Assembly: GCA_964016885.1 (NCBI GenBank)
Contig: OZ024740.1
Coordinates: 309,256,001-309,320,000, forward strand
Direction: 5' to 3'
Length of the DNA stretch: 64,000 nucleotides
Source: Eledone cirrhosa
Taxonomy: Eukaryota
Part shown: positions 48,697 through 62,755 of the stretch, in pieces
Layout: each line of letters starts with the position of its first letter
How positions within the stretch are numbered: position 1 is the stretch's first letter
The notes under the pieces: generated by a model
Seen by the model: the letters and a program-made list of their open reading frames with translations, nothing else
Database searches by the model: none
Told to the model about the DNA's origin: nothing
Translations under genes and position numbers: made by a program

Positions 48697-48918
48697 TTAA
48701 CCCTCTCATTACCAAACCACCTGAAACCAGCCCTGGTTCTATGAAACAACACCATTCATTTTAAAAGGTTCTTAATTAGATTAAATTTTCCATATAAGAA
48801 CAATGTTTAGTTACTATCTTTGTAATTAAATAATCATTTTAATTTAATCCACAAAAAGATTAATTAATTAATTAAAATAGAGCGTATTTCATTAGATATA
48901 GAATAATGAAAGGGTTAA
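48697..48918 (-). mobile_element. piggyBac-like MITE, family A
   Basis: TTAA-CCCTCTCATTA...TAATGAAAGGG-TTAA. Confidence 0.72.
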
Positions 48919-51328
48919 TAATAAATATTCAAATAATTTATACTAAACCATCTACAGTGAAGATTTGCAAAAAAAATTATTTAAAATAAATTTTAGAACT
49001 ACACAAGTCTTTGAGGCAGGTGCCATGACCTAGCGTTTGATATTCTCTAAGTCTGAGAAGCATTTGTAATGGCTATTTTAAACATGTAAGTGCATATAGT
49101 ATTTGTCACAAAATGTAAATTTACTGCACAGAATTAGATTTATAATTAAACAAGTAAGAATGAACTACTCATTAAAATAATCAGTGGATCTGCAATGTAC
49201 ACAACTCCTGGACGGTTAGACAGAAGTTACTACTCATTGTCACCTTACTCATTGGTGTTGTATTACTTAATATTCTGAAGATACATTTCAGATTAAATAA
49301 AACACAATACAATAGAGTGTGTAACTCAGAGATGAGAGTGTTGCTTCAGGTAGAGCTGTCACTTCTCCAAATTGAGAGATTACAGCTCCGATACAATGGG
49401 CATGTGGTTAATTATCCATTAATTATTTCATGACTGCAGGGTAAATTCTTGGCATAATTTTCAGTTTCTTCGATCCAACTGCCCCATCGAGTGACTTAGG
49501 GGGTACCCAATATCTTTGAAAAGGGCCTTTCTAGTGTGATCTTTGACTGCTGAAGATGCACAACACGCCACATGAAAACAATTTGGATAAAGAATTTTTC
49601 TTATTTCACCTACTTTGACTATATACCTGGCAGCATCTGATCGTAGTAATAAGAGGCTTTCTCACGCAATGCCTATTTCTTTAGGGAATTGTTTGACCAA
49701 CTGCTTTTGTTTCTTGCTTTATTATTTTTTTTTCCCTAAGACTTCAAATATTTTCTTTGAAAGCAAAGTTTTGACTATTATCAATGTTTTAAATAAAATT
49801 TTAATCAATATTTTATATTTAAAATTTTTTAGACTTTATTTTGACTTTATAATAATTAATCCTTTTAGACCTATTTAAAAAAAAAATTTGATATTTTTGA
49901 TCAAAATCAATTTTTTCTGACATTTCTAGGCCATTTTAAACGTTCATAGACTTTTAGACTTTTTAGCCAAAAATTACCCAAATTATAATTAATGGTGGCA
50001 CAGTCAATCAAGGAAGATGCTTCCAAATCACACCAAAGTCAACTTTGCATTTCGTTCGTCTTACCGGAGTCGATAAAATACAGTATCCGTAAAGTACTGA
50101 TGTTGATATAATCAACCCCCCCCCCCCCTCAAATTATTAGCCTTAAGCCTAAATTAGAAACTCTAAATTAGAAACTCTAAATAATTAAGGGAGATAACCA
50201 TGTAAAATTTTCTAGAGTAACCTACCTTTATTTTTAATTATTATGTTAAGTATATAATTGTTTCTACTTTTGGCACAAGGCCACCTATTACTCAGTGTAT
50301 TACTGGTACTTTATTTTATCGACCCCGTAAGGAACAAAGGCAAAGTCAACCTCGGTTCATTGTATTTGTATATTGTTAGTAATGGTGTTTGAAGACCATG
50401 TTCTCCGTCCTTCAGATCTAATTATTCTTGAAGTATATTTCAACATATGAACCATGAAACACCCAAATGATTATATTTTAGTACTACTTCTATATAGAAG
50501 CAATGTAGCCAAGAAAATTGACTGATCATGTGTTCAAATCTCCTACAAGCATGTTCTTATCGTTTTGAGCAGGACGCAACGCTGCTAGTCTTTCTACTCA
50601 GATAGTTCTTTGGGTATAGACATCAAATCGTTTTGGAGAAGGTGTTTTGGAAACAACTTTACAGCTGCAACTACTACTACTACTACTACTACTACATCAT
50701 ACCTGCTCTTGCAGCCACAATGACGACGACCACCACTGTTACTATTACTGCTACTGAATTGGAAGAAATTAGTGTCAGTAGAAATGCCTTGCAGTATTTA
50801 GACATGACCCTTCACAATAAGTGCCAGTCAAATACTGAAGTTAATGTAATTGTTCTAATCCCTCCTTCTAAGTATATCAAGTTATGTTAATGGTGAGAGC
50901 CAGAAGAAATATCACAAGGTATTTTTGTGCAAGGTTTTTAATGATTGCCAATTTGCTGCCTTACTGCTTGGAATGTTTAAAATATATAATAATGTGACTA
51001 TGGAGACAATGCTTGGTAGTGTGGTTAAGAAGTTCCTTTCACAGCTACATTGTCTTTAGCTCTATCCCACTGCACCACACCTAAGAAAAGTATCTTCTAC
51101 TATAAGACCCATCAGCAAATACACATTCAATATTTATGTAAGCCATTAAGCTAAAATTTTAACTTCAAAATGTTTATGAGGTAATAATTATTTATATTTT
51201 CATTTAATAATTCTGATGATTACAAATTTTTTGTTCATTTAATTAAGTAATCATTAATTATGTATCTACTTAAAATATGGATGAAATGTTCGTTAATTTA
51301 TTAAAATGAAATATAATTAACTGTAAAC

Positions 51329-51486
51329 GTGGTTGGTGTTAGGAAGGGCATCCAGCCGTAGAAAACCTGCCAGACAGTCCTATACGAGCGGGACATGGTC
51401 ACCCAACCAATTGCCTCAAGTGTGACAATTCCCGTCTAAACCCATGTTAGCGTGGAAGATAGATGTTAAACGACGATGATGATGAT
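51329..51486 (+). mobile_element. RTE 3' UTR fragment with (GAT)n tail
   Basis: Close reverse complement of 3843-4000 and 61455-61610. Confidence 0.8.
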
Positions 51487-51870
51487 GTTTTGATTTTGTG
51501 TATTATCATAATATATATATATATAAATATATGTGTGTGTGTGTGTTTGTATGTGTACATAAACATAGCTGAGCTGTTGAAAGGTTTGTTTCACAACCAC
51601 ATGGTTTTTATTCTATCCCACTATGTGTTACCTTGGGCAAATGTCTTCTACTATAACATTGGAGTAGCCAATGCCTTGTAAGTGAATTTGGTAGATAGAA
51701 ACTGTAAATAAACCCCTTGAGGCTTCAGAACATTCTGGGTTGGCACCTTAATTCACAATAATTATAAGGTGGAGTTTCAGAATAAGAGTATCACTGTAAA
51801 TGTTTCTAAATCTGAGGGCGCACTTTTGAAAAGTAGTGGGGAGGGAAACAGTACCATCCAGTGTCTCTAA

Positions 51871-52090
51871 CCCCTTGGTGAAGGGTCCAACTATTTCTGG
51901 CCCCTTGGTGAAGGGTCCATTTACTTCTAGGTCCTTGGTGAAGGGTTCATCTACTTCCGGCCCCTTGATGAAGGGTCCATCTACTTTCAGCCCCTTGGTG
52001 AAGGGTCCATCTACTTCTAGGTCCTTGGAGAAGGGTCCATCTACTTCCAGGCCCTTGGAGAAGGGTCCATCTACTCCCAGCTCCTTGGTG
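51871..52090. repeat. 30-bp minisatellite, about 7.3 copies (CCCCTTGGTGAAGGGTCCATCTACTTCYRG)
   Basis: Read directly; the unit contains the CCCTT-GGTG-AAGGG hairpin. Confidence 0.92.
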
Positions 52091-52599
52091 ACAATACTTT
52101 ATGAGTGGAACATGGTAGATGGAAACCAATCATATAGGCATGTGTGTATCTTTCAGTGAAAGATGTGAAACATTGGTGGGAACATTGATTAACTGGTGCT
52201 TTTGAACAAAAAATACCTTATGGTGTTTATTCTGCATCAGTTGCACAGCCACTTCCTTATTGCTCTCATTGTTGTAAATGCAGTGAAGCAGTGATTTGCT
52301 CATTGGAAACCTGTACACCAACGATGTTATTGTTCACATATTCAGATAAAAATAAAATAAGATAAATATAGATACTCCAATAATTATACATATAAAGTAA
52401 TTCTCAATATAAAAACAGCAATTTCTGCAGCAACAAGTTGTAAATCCTCTGCTTTTCATTGATTTCACATAATATACATACACACATCTATTGAGCCGTT
52501 AATGCCCATAAAGGACAGGCATTTTGTTCTTTGTCTTCGAAAACCATATTTAATCTGTTGACTTTCCAATTCATTAATCTTTAACCGGAATACTCACCC

Positions 52600-52640
<41 letters not shown>

Positions 52641-53139
52641 TTTGAGTTGAGCACCGTCAGTTTCAATTATGAACATTCCAGTTATTCAATCAAATGCTCA
52701 TAAAATTAACATGCAAGTGACTAAGCATTCCACTAGCACATGTAGCCTAAACATAATTCTCAAAGATTCAATATTATATAGTGTGCAACATGGCCGGCCC
52801 TTCGAATTACAGGTTTAATCCATTCATCAAACTACCAATCAGTTTCCAGCTAGCCAGTCTCATTCACAAGACCTGGGTCAACTTAAAGCCATGGTAAATG
52901 ACACTTGCCCCAAATACCATGATAGGGGGATCAAACTGGGAACTTCTTAAGTACTTGGCCAGGTGGTCACACACACACACACACACACACACAACACACC
53001 ACACACACACGCACATGCACACGCACACACACACACTTGCTGGATGAAGAAGTGCCAGGAGCTCCCATTGAAATAAATTATAGGAAAAGAAAACAGATGA
53101 TGATGGAGGAATGCAATGATAGGAGGTAACTGGTACTGG

Positions 53140-53368
53140 TGAACCCTTTAGCATTTACATTACTGTATATTTACTATTGTATTTTCATGGTAAACAATTT
53201 ATCTCACATAATTATCTAACATAATATCAAATCTAGGAGGTTTTGATATTATTTATTTTGAGAACAATACCTTAACATAAGTATGAGCAGCTGGTTATGG
53301 CCGGTTTGAACAGAAATAGGTGAGATAATTCTGGCCAGATATAGCCGGTTTAAATGTTAAAGGGTTGA
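53140..53368 (-). mobile_element. piggyBac-like MITE, family B
   Basis: AACCCTTTAGCATTTA...TAAATGTTAAAGGGTT; reverse complement of 27604-27831. Confidence 0.72.
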
Positions 53369-53715
53369 GACATTTCCAGCCAATGCATGAAAACACAGGT
53401 GTGAAATATTGATAATGGTGGTGATGATGTTGAGGATGATGCTGATAGTGATTTTGCAGCTTGCTCTCTTTTTACTCTTCTACTTTCACTTGACTTGACT
53501 TCTCTTCTCTTTACTATACTTTCTTCTTAAAATTATTTTTAGTTTCCTTGCTTCCATTACTTCCTCTAACTTATATCTCTACACATTTTAGCTGAACTTA
53601 CAACACAGCTGCTTTTTGATTAATGTCTCACATAATACATATTTAATAAAATCCTGACAGATAGGTAACTTCATATATAAATCTACAATTTTCCATACTC
53701 TCTCTCTCTCTATCT

Positions 53716-53773
<58 letters not shown>

Positions 53774-54139
53774 TTCTCTTTCTTTCTCTCTTGTTTTCTC
53801 TTTCTTTCTCCCTTGTTTTCTCTTTCTTTCTCTTGCTTCCCCCCCCCTCTCTCTGAGTAGGTGGTCAACAATGTGGGGGTGTACTTGAAAAGAGATTAGT
53901 ATATTTTAACTCGAATAATTTAGCAGAAAATATCTGAAAACAGATTTGTCAATTCAAATATTTGTATTATTTTTAATAGGGGACAGGTTTCAATATTTCA
54001 TGTGATGTAGTCATAGTGCTACTTTGTACTTTTTGTGAATGTCTTGCTAATGTGGTCTCGTGTGGTACAGGACATTAATAGTTACTATGTAACCATGCAA
54101 CTGATACTGCTGCATTGAAAACTTATGGAAACATTGGAT

Positions 54140-54320
54140 AATTGTCTTTACTTTTGGCACAAGTCCAGCAATTTCCCCAGTGCATTACTGGTGCTTTATT
54201 TTATTGATCCCATAAGGGTGAAAGGCAAAGTTGACCACAGCGGTATTTGAAATCAGACTGTAAAGGGTCGTAACTCTGTGCTGCAAAGCATGACATCCAA
54301 CCCTCTACCAATATTGCCAA
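54140..54320 (-). mobile_element. Meta-like SINE
   Basis: Reverse complement of the 32450-32633 family. Confidence 0.8.
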
Positions 54321-54862
54321 AATGTAATTTCTTGCTTCTTTCCAAAGTGATATGCTGGATGTGATAAAATTATAAATAATCTTGTTTCATTACTTGCTTA
54401 TTCTTTTTATCCTCTACATTTTTTTGAGTATTTTTTTAAATACAACATAAGATTACTTTAACTCTTTGGAGCAGGTAAAATGAATTTTAAATGATGATGA
54501 TGAATTCTGTAAATACATGAAGAATAAAAAAAAAGCTGGTTTTAAAATACTAACATACAGCAAGATTTTAAAATTACTTTTCTAATTTTCATTGATTAAT
54601 TAGAAAGGAACAGAATTCAATTCAGCTCTTCTAAAATAAAATTTCTATAAACCTGTGGTCTTTAAAAAGAATGCTATTTATAATAAATTATAATATATTA
54701 ATGATACAGAAAAAATTGCTTTAAAAAAAAAAAAACTCTAAAGGAACTGCAGTATCAACAGCTAATGTAGTATGTAAATTGTAATTATTGACAAAGAGCT
54801 GTAGAAAATATTTTAAATCTAGAACCAACAAGCCTAATGTAACATAGCAATGACTAAAGACC

Positions 54863-55205
54863 TACCGTATTTCCTAGCATCTACATCGAAGAAGCTATTC
54901 TTTTTCTTAAAATAAGTCTTGAAAAATCTACCATACGTCCTAGAGGCCAATGGTTGCATTTCTCATTGGCATATCCTAAACCCCAAGGAAAATTATATAT
55001 GCTAGACAGTAATCTGAACTCTTGTATATTACCTCTCAATGAAGTGTGTAAATTATACTTAGTTAAAGTAGTAAATAAACAAAATATTAAAAATTAGGTA
55101 ACAAGACCCCCAAAGTGCCAGGACCTTATTTTTATGCCTATCATTGTTTTTCAAATTTTTGGTTGTCAAAATCGGGAGGTGTCTTTGATGATGGGAAATA
55201 TGGAA
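54863..55205. mobile_element. Old Tc1/mariner-superfamily (pogo/Tc2-like) MITE
   Basis: TIR-like ends TACCGTATTTCCTAGCATC / GATGATGGGAAATATGGAA. Confidence 0.5.
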
Positions 55206-55399
55206 TTTAGTAATAGAGGACAAAAAATTACAGAGCTATAAATTTCTTCATCATGTAGGAAGTGGGTGGTTTGGAATTGCACACTACATACTCAGTACAA
55301 ACAATAGGTACCCAAAATACATATACTTTAGAATTAGGACGTCTGTGGTTAGCTGTCCTGATTTGTGATTGGAGATGGGATAAAAGAATAGTAGTTTGT

Positions 55400-55830
55400 A
55401 AGAAAGGACAGAAATTCAATAGCCTAACTGTTGGCAACAAAGTTTCTATCTTTGGATGAAATGCAGATTGTATGAAGCATGCATAAGATGTAAGATGCTG
55501 CATGGTAGTAAGACATGGGTATTGAATACAAAGTATATGCAAAGACTAAAGGGAAATGAGTCAGATATGATCTGTTGGGTGTGCCATGTTAACATGCATG
55601 TAAAGCAAAGTACTTGTGAGCTGGGAAAGTGGCTAGACATTGAAAGTATCAGTTGATGTGTGCAAGAGAGATGGAAGTGATACAAATGGACAATGAGTTC
55701 TGGGTAAAAACTAGTAATTTACTAACAATGAAAGTTGTCTACAAGAGAGGAAAACATGAAAGTGGTGTGGTTATTTCTGAGAACATCGGACCTTGAAGAT
55801 ACATGACATAGGACAAAGACAAGTGGCTTT
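55400..55830 (+). mobile_element. Old RTE C-terminal fragment
   Basis: KCRLYEACIRCKMLHGSKTWVL...NESDMICWVC, homologous to 34930-35100. Confidence 0.7.
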
Positions 55831-57533
55831 AAATATATTATGATGCTCTTGATAAAGATTATTTTTAGCACAAGCAAATGTACAAAACCATATTCACAAA
55901 AAATTTGACCATTGAGTAATCAAGCTAGATACGGCTTTTTATGTCTATTCATACTTTACATTATAAATCTATCATATGCATATTCTTAGGTAGTCATAAA
56001 ACATATATTTCTGAACATTTCTTCCTTTTTATATGTAGATTTTGTTTTCAAGATGGAAAGGAGAAGCTTATATTGATGGATAAAATGCTAGTAAAAACAT
56101 CAGTTCATACATCAGTGGACCATATCATACCAAATCCATCTAGTTATAAGTAAGAAGCACAGAGTAGTTATTGCCCTTGTAAAATTGAAGAGTGATTCAT
56201 TAGTTTGCAAAGCTGAGTTAAAACCTTCCTACTAAAATAAAAAGTCAACTGTAGGAGAATTATCTTTTATCTGATTTACACTGCAAAAGCTAGAAATAAA
56301 GACAATCCCAGTAGATTGCAGGTGTTAGGAAAGTGATAGGAAATATAAACATGTCTGAACAAGACATGTAGGGAATATTTTGTTCAAATAAATGATCTCA
56401 TGATAAACGAAGCCATACTGATCATAATTATGTAAGAAAGCAGACTTGAAGTTGTTTTTTTTTGTCATTCAGTTGATAAAATAGTGTACAACAACAACAA
56501 CTAGCACTCTGCCGGTTACGACAATGAGTGTTCCAATTGATCCGATCAATGGAACAGCCTGCTCGTGAAATTAACGTGCAAGTGGCTGAGCATTCCACAG
56601 ACACACATACCCTGTGTGACACTGAGCATGAAAAGGCTGGCCCTTCGAATTACAGGTATAACTCATTTTTGCCAGCCGAGTGGACTGGAGCAATGTGAAA
56701 TAAAGTGTCTTGCTGAAGGACACATCATGCCACTGGGAATCAAACTCACGACCTTACAATTGTGATCTGAATATCTTAACCACACAATCCAGACACTACA
56801 AAATCTTTTTGTATTCAATTGTTAGTGGCATTTGCTTTCTAGATTGCAAACTAGATTGTAAAAGATATGTGCTCAGTTCAAAATCATATAGTAAATGATG
56901 ATACCAATGATTTTACCATGCTTTTAAATCCTTTAGTCAGTCATTTATATGTGTTAATATTATTTTAACATGATTTAATCCTTTCATGACCATATTTCTT
57001 TTGATATATACTCTCTGGTCTCGAATAATTGCCCCCCCAACTGTTTATTAAATTTTGTCAATCTATCTCGAGCACTGACATTGGGTTTGCTCATGGCTAG
57101 CATTTGGTACAATTTACTCCACATTAGATAAGTCTAACAGCTGGCTTTTTCAGCCACATTTCACACAGCCATTAGGAAGCATCAACACAGAAGTGAATCA
57201 ATTCCAGCTGTCTTAAATTTTGATATATATTAAGTTGAATGAGGCATCTTTTGGTGATACCTAGTTTTACCAGTTTAAATACACATACAATATATACCAT
57301 CTCTCTTTACTGTCATCAATTATTTGCTTTGCAGCCTTTTCGCTTTACAAAAAAAAAAAATGTCTGAATATTTTTCATACACTTTATTGAAATGGAATTG
57401 TTTTCGTAAAAAAAAAAATATGTATATACATTTTCTATAACACTTTTTCTTGAACACAAATATCTAGTTGAGATATCCGAGTACATTTTCACAAACACAT
57501 TTATGTAAACATTGCTTCAGTGGATATTGTAAA

Positions 57534-57753
57534 TTAACCCTTCATTTACATTACTCTATATTTACTATTAAATTTTCATGGTAAAGGCTTTACCTCACAT
57601 AATTATCTCACATAATATTGAATCTATGAGATTTTGATATTATTTATTTTGAGAACAATACCTTAACATCGGTATGAGCAGCTGGCTACAGCCAGTTTGA
57701 GCAGAAAGAGGTGAGAGAATTCTGGCCAGATATGGCCGGTTTAAATGCTAAAG
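57534..57753 (-). mobile_element. piggyBac-like MITE, family B
   Basis: TTAACCCTT start; body shared with 53140-53368. Confidence 0.7.
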
Positions 57754-59739
57754 ACCTGCTATGTTCCATGCTGAATTCTATCCTGTTTCAAATTTGTATT
57801 CACAAACGTGTAATGTATAATTATTTTTAAAATGTTGTTACTCTTTAGCCCTTTAGTTATTTCTGATCAAGCAGGAATATGATGACATATGTTCCAGCTA
57901 TGACCACCATATCTTTTTTGGATATACAGGGATATATTGTTCAATGTGTCCTTTCATTTTTATGATGGTAGGGTGTGATTTAAGAGGAATTTGGCTACTA
58001 ATTATTACAGGTTAAGCATAGAGTCTCCTTCATTAGCTCAGGTGAAAGTGTTAGAAAAAAGAGGTGAAAAAGCTTGTTTTCATACTACCAATGCCATTGT
58101 CAGTTAAAACTTATAGTTGTTGTTAAATCTCAGGGAAGCCCTCATAAGCAGACCTATAATTAAAGACATTTCAACCCTAACTATACTGTCATTCTTTTTT
58201 CATGCATAGTGTAGCTAGAGCTACGTTGTGTGTAGTTTGAGGGGGATTTGGTTGCTATTTTTAGCAGATCAAATAACTTTATAGAGGGCCCTTCTTGTTG
58301 GCTCTTAAAACTTTGAGTGTAACTGTCAGTAGCATTTAGTTACCATGTTTACAAGTAATTGCATTATAAACAATATCATTATAGTAATATAGTTAAATTA
58401 CAACTTGTACTTACATTATCAACTATTTAGCAATTTTATTAGTTTATCAAGATATCTACTGTTCTCTCAAAACAGATTCTATTGCTTCATTATTTATATA
58501 GGTAGCTGTTTTGCTTCATCATCATCATCATCATCATATTTAATGTTACTTGATGTTGAATTCCATTGGTCTTGAAGACATTAAATTTTCTCAAAATGTC
58601 CAAATTGAGAGCTGTTGAAAAATTAAACCAATCAGCTTTGTACAAGTAACCACACCTATTTAATGCAGTGGCAAGCATAATGTGTAAAAAGACCAACATT
58701 TTCACCTGAGTTCAGTTTAATCAAATTCAGACCAAGTTTTATTTTGACTTAGCTCCTAGGTTTTGGTTAAAACTCACTATTGTCAAGCTAATGATGACCA
58801 AATGCTTTCATCTCTTTAAGCCTTTTGATATCAAAACATCTGAAATTGACCCTGGTTTTATGGCACAATACTGTCTTTTCGAAGTGTTTATCTAAAAACC
58901 TTTCATAGTTTTATATAAGAACCTTTGTTCCAAACACCCAGCTTAATAATGAGAAAATTGATTATTTTATAAAATTTTTCCAAATTTTGGATTATCTACA
59001 AAATAATTTTTAAATCACAGGCAGTGAATGTTATCATTATCATCGTTTTTATGTCCAATTTCTATGCTGGCAAGAGTTGGGTGGGTTGTCACCTGAGGCT
59101 AAATCAGTCGACCATGTTTTGCTCATACATTCTGTATTTGGCATGGTTTCTATGGCTGGATCCTCATCCTAACACCAACTACCTTATAGGGTGTATTGAG
59201 TGCATTTTTTCATGGCATCGATACTATGATTTTATAGAGAGGCATGGATGCATGTTTTCATGGCACCAGCACTACCGCTTTACAGAGTGGCCTGAAGAAA
59301 TATGCTAATGAATGGATTAAGAAATATTCTCCAACTAGATGTGTCAGAATTAATCCTTTCAAACCAATATACAATTTTTTCTTAAGAAGAAGAAGAAAAA
59401 ATTATTACTGAAAGAGAAATGTCAAATCCATATTCAACTCTGTTGGGAAAGGATTCAGTTTTAGATTGTGAACAAGATTCAATTCCGCTCAGTAACTACA
59501 AAATGTTTTATGAGATAATGCATCATTGTCAAGATGACAATTGACATGAAAATCACATATTCTGAGAACTAGCTAACAAAATATCCCTTTAAAAAATCTT
59601 AACACTATCTTCTTTCGTTTCTCCCAAATTTCTCTCTGCAATCATTGTAAAATTACCAGTACAGTATTATATATAGTTATCAAAGTTACTGTTACATTAT
59701 GTAAAATATAAAAAAAATAACTTCATTATTTTTTTGTTC

Positions 59740-60295
59740 ATCATCATGTTCCCACAACTGGTGCAGCCAGAGGTTGGGGTGCCACTCTAAATGTTCCACT
59801 GGTACAGCCAGTTGTTGGGGTGCCACTCAAGATGTGCATCTGGTGCAGCCAGACACTTTTGCAGTTAGTCGTTGCTATTGGTCACTATTCTCCATCACGT
59901 GTACAAAGGTCTGTGTTGTGACCAGTCCAGTCTTTGATGTTGTTAGACCAAGATTTTCTTTATCTACTTCTTCTTCACCCCCCCCCCCCCTCGATTGTGC
60001 CTTGAAGGATGGTTTTGGACAAGGAGTTGTGGTGGGTATACGACCATGCCAGGCAAGCTTCCCTCTTTTCACTATTGCAAGGAATGGTTCCTGTCTGCCA
60101 GCATATTTGTTAACTTGCTGCCTAACAAAGCTGTTTGTTTTCTGCTCCATGTATGGGATGTGTAGCACCTTCTGAAGCACTTGTGCTCAAATGATTGGAT
60201 TCTTCATTCCATGTCAGCTGTGAGAGTCCAACTCTCACACCCAAACAAAAGGATCAAAGTCATCAAGGACTTGTACAGTTTGAGCTTGTTACTAA
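59740..60295 (-). mobile_element. LINE (RTE-like) 3' fragment, third family
   Basis: LYKSLMTLILLFGCESWTL...LQKVLHIPYMEQKTNSFV...IVKRGKLAWHG. Confidence 0.65.
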
Positions 60296-61265
60296 AAGTA
60301 TATATGAACATCATCATCATCATCACCATTTTACATCCATTTTTATACACCAGCACGGGTTAGATGAGTCAGGTCAGATGACCATGTCTTTCCCATATAG
60401 AACTGATTCTGGCTTTGTTTCTACAGCTATATGTCCTTTCTAATGCCAACCACATTTATAGAGTAGACTGAGTGCTTTTTATTGGGGCACCAAAATGACT
60501 ACTTTATAGCGTGGACAGGGTGCTTTTTTGTCTTGTCACCAACACAACCACTTTACAGTGTGAACTGGCAGCTAAGGCGAAGGTTGTAAAGATGTGGGTG
60601 GAGTGTTAAGACACGGGAGGTGTATAGAAGGGGGAGAATAGGGGAAATGGGGCATACAAGATGTATGCTTCAACCTGTGCACATGAGAAAGTGGATCTTT
60701 TTTTTTTTTTTTTATTATGCATACACACTCATATTTCGAAATTTCTCTTCTAACTAACAAACAACACTTTCGCCTGTTTATTGTCACTGGTCCATTTTCC
60801 TGTATGTTGAAGATAGGAAAATTATTATTTATTCTCAGCACACTACATCATTATAAATTTATTTATATGTAAATAAACCATTTCAAACATGGTTTTAAAT
60901 TGTAAATGTGTGAATTTATTTTTTATTTTTAAATATAAAAATAGAGTTTGTCACTACTCTTTTTAAATAGTTTGTTGAATCTTGTTCCTGTTAGATGTAA
61001 ATATTTCCCCACGAATAATACACACATATATATAAATATATACACACATACACACATACATACATACATACATATATATATACATATATATATACATATA
61101 CATATATATATATTCATTCAACTTTATCTGCATTTTCTAATTAATATTTATGTTCTAGAGAATTTTTCATGGTGGGGTTTTTCCATTTAAAATGTACAAC
61201 ATATATATGTACATACATGTACACATACATACATGCACTGGCCACTTTTTTCATCTTTAGGAGTA

Positions 61266-62755
61266 TTAACCTGTTAGCATTTAAACCAGCCATATCCAGC
61301 CAGAATTCGCTCACTTCTTTCTGTTCAAACTGGCTGTAACCAGCCACTCATACTGATGTTAAGGCATTGTTCTCAAAATAAATAGCATCAAAATCTCATA
61401 GATTTAATATTATGTGAAATAATTATGTGAAAATTCAATAGTAAATATACAGTTATCATCATCATCACCATCGTTTAACGTCTATCTTCCATGCTAGCAT
61501 GGATTTAGATGGGAATTGTCCCACTTGAGGCAAGATTGGTTGTCTTGCTCATATAGGACTGTCAGGCAGGTTTTCTACGGCTGGATGCCCTTCCTAACAC
61601 CAACCACGTTTACAGTGTGGACTGGGAGGTTTTTACCGTGTTACCTACATGGCCACATTACAGCGTGGACTGTGTGTTTTTTTGTCGTGACACCTACACG
61701 ACCTCATTTATTTAGGACTGGATGTTGTGGTACCAACATAACTTTACAGAGAAGGGGTGGTGTTGATGGGGCTGGGAGTAGGGGTAGTGGGATGGGGGTA
61801 TATTTTTGGTTAAGAGGTGCCTACTGACTGTAGGTTTCACTTTGTACATAGGCAAGGCGAGTCTTCTGTATTACTGCGTAGCGCCAAAGATCTCGATCCA
61901 GTGATATTGTCTTGGAGAGGTGTAAGTGTGTAAGGTCGAAATTTATCAAATTGTCCCAGGTTTTTCTGGGTCTACCTACTCCGTAGCTTCCATCAATTTT
62001 GATCACCCTGCACTTTTTTATACAGCTGTCGTCTTTCATGCGCATCATGTGACCATACCAACGTAGTCTTCTCTCGAGTAAACAGCATCTGATCCCTCTA
62101 ATTCCTAATTTCTTACTTAGTTCATTTATGCTTTGCCATTCACGTATATTACTATTACACATCCAACAGAGCATGCAAGCTTCGTTCCTCTCCAGTCTGC
62201 GCAGATCCTCTGCACACAATGCCCAGGTCTCACTGCAATTGTAACATTGCTGTTTGTATGCAGGCATCATACAGTCTGTCTTTCATTTTTAGAGAGAAAC
62301 CTTTAGTGGCCAATAGTGGTATAAGGTATAAGCTTTCTGAACTTTTTCCATCCCGTTCTGACTCTGGCTACTGTACTTTCAGCGCACCCTCCACCACTGC
62401 TGATTTTGTCACCTAGGTAACGGAAGGTGTCCACTATTTCTATAGAACCATCTGGGAAATGGAAGGAGCTAGTATACTGTGGGCACTTGCTACTTATTGC
62501 ACCTGAGCACTGGCCACATATAAAATCTACGTTCTTAGATAGCTTACCTGTGATCCCACTACATCTTTTATGCACCCATACTTTGCATTTGGGACATAAA
62601 ATGGAGTTTCTGCCTACTCCTTTCCTACACGCTGAGCATGGCCATTTCGCACAAGGGACCAGTGCCCTATTTTCCTTCCTACATACTAGATTATTTAACA
62701 TTAAGGCCTTTTGATTCTAGGCCATGCTTCCATGATGTGAATGCTAAAGGGTTAA
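61266..62755 (+). mobile_element. piggyBac-like MITE (family B) split by an RTE LINE insertion
   Basis: Left part TTAA-CCTGTTAGCATT (61266 to about 61452); right TIR AATGCTAAAGGG-TTAA (62740-62755). Confidence 0.72.
61455..62737 (-). mobile_element. 5'-truncated RTE LINE with PHD-type finger
   Basis: KWPCSACRKGVGRNSILCPKCKVWVHKRC...CGQC, FRYLG, RRLRWYGH, GRPRKTW, 3' UTR and (CAT)n. Confidence 0.88.

Noticed and set aside
49430-49980. Possible DNA-transposon end with repeated TTAGAC words
   Set aside because: No partner TIR or transposase motif could be found by eye.
51871-52090. CRISPR-like array
   Set aside because: The units are contiguous with no unique spacers, there are no cas genes, and the context is a eukaryotic intron.
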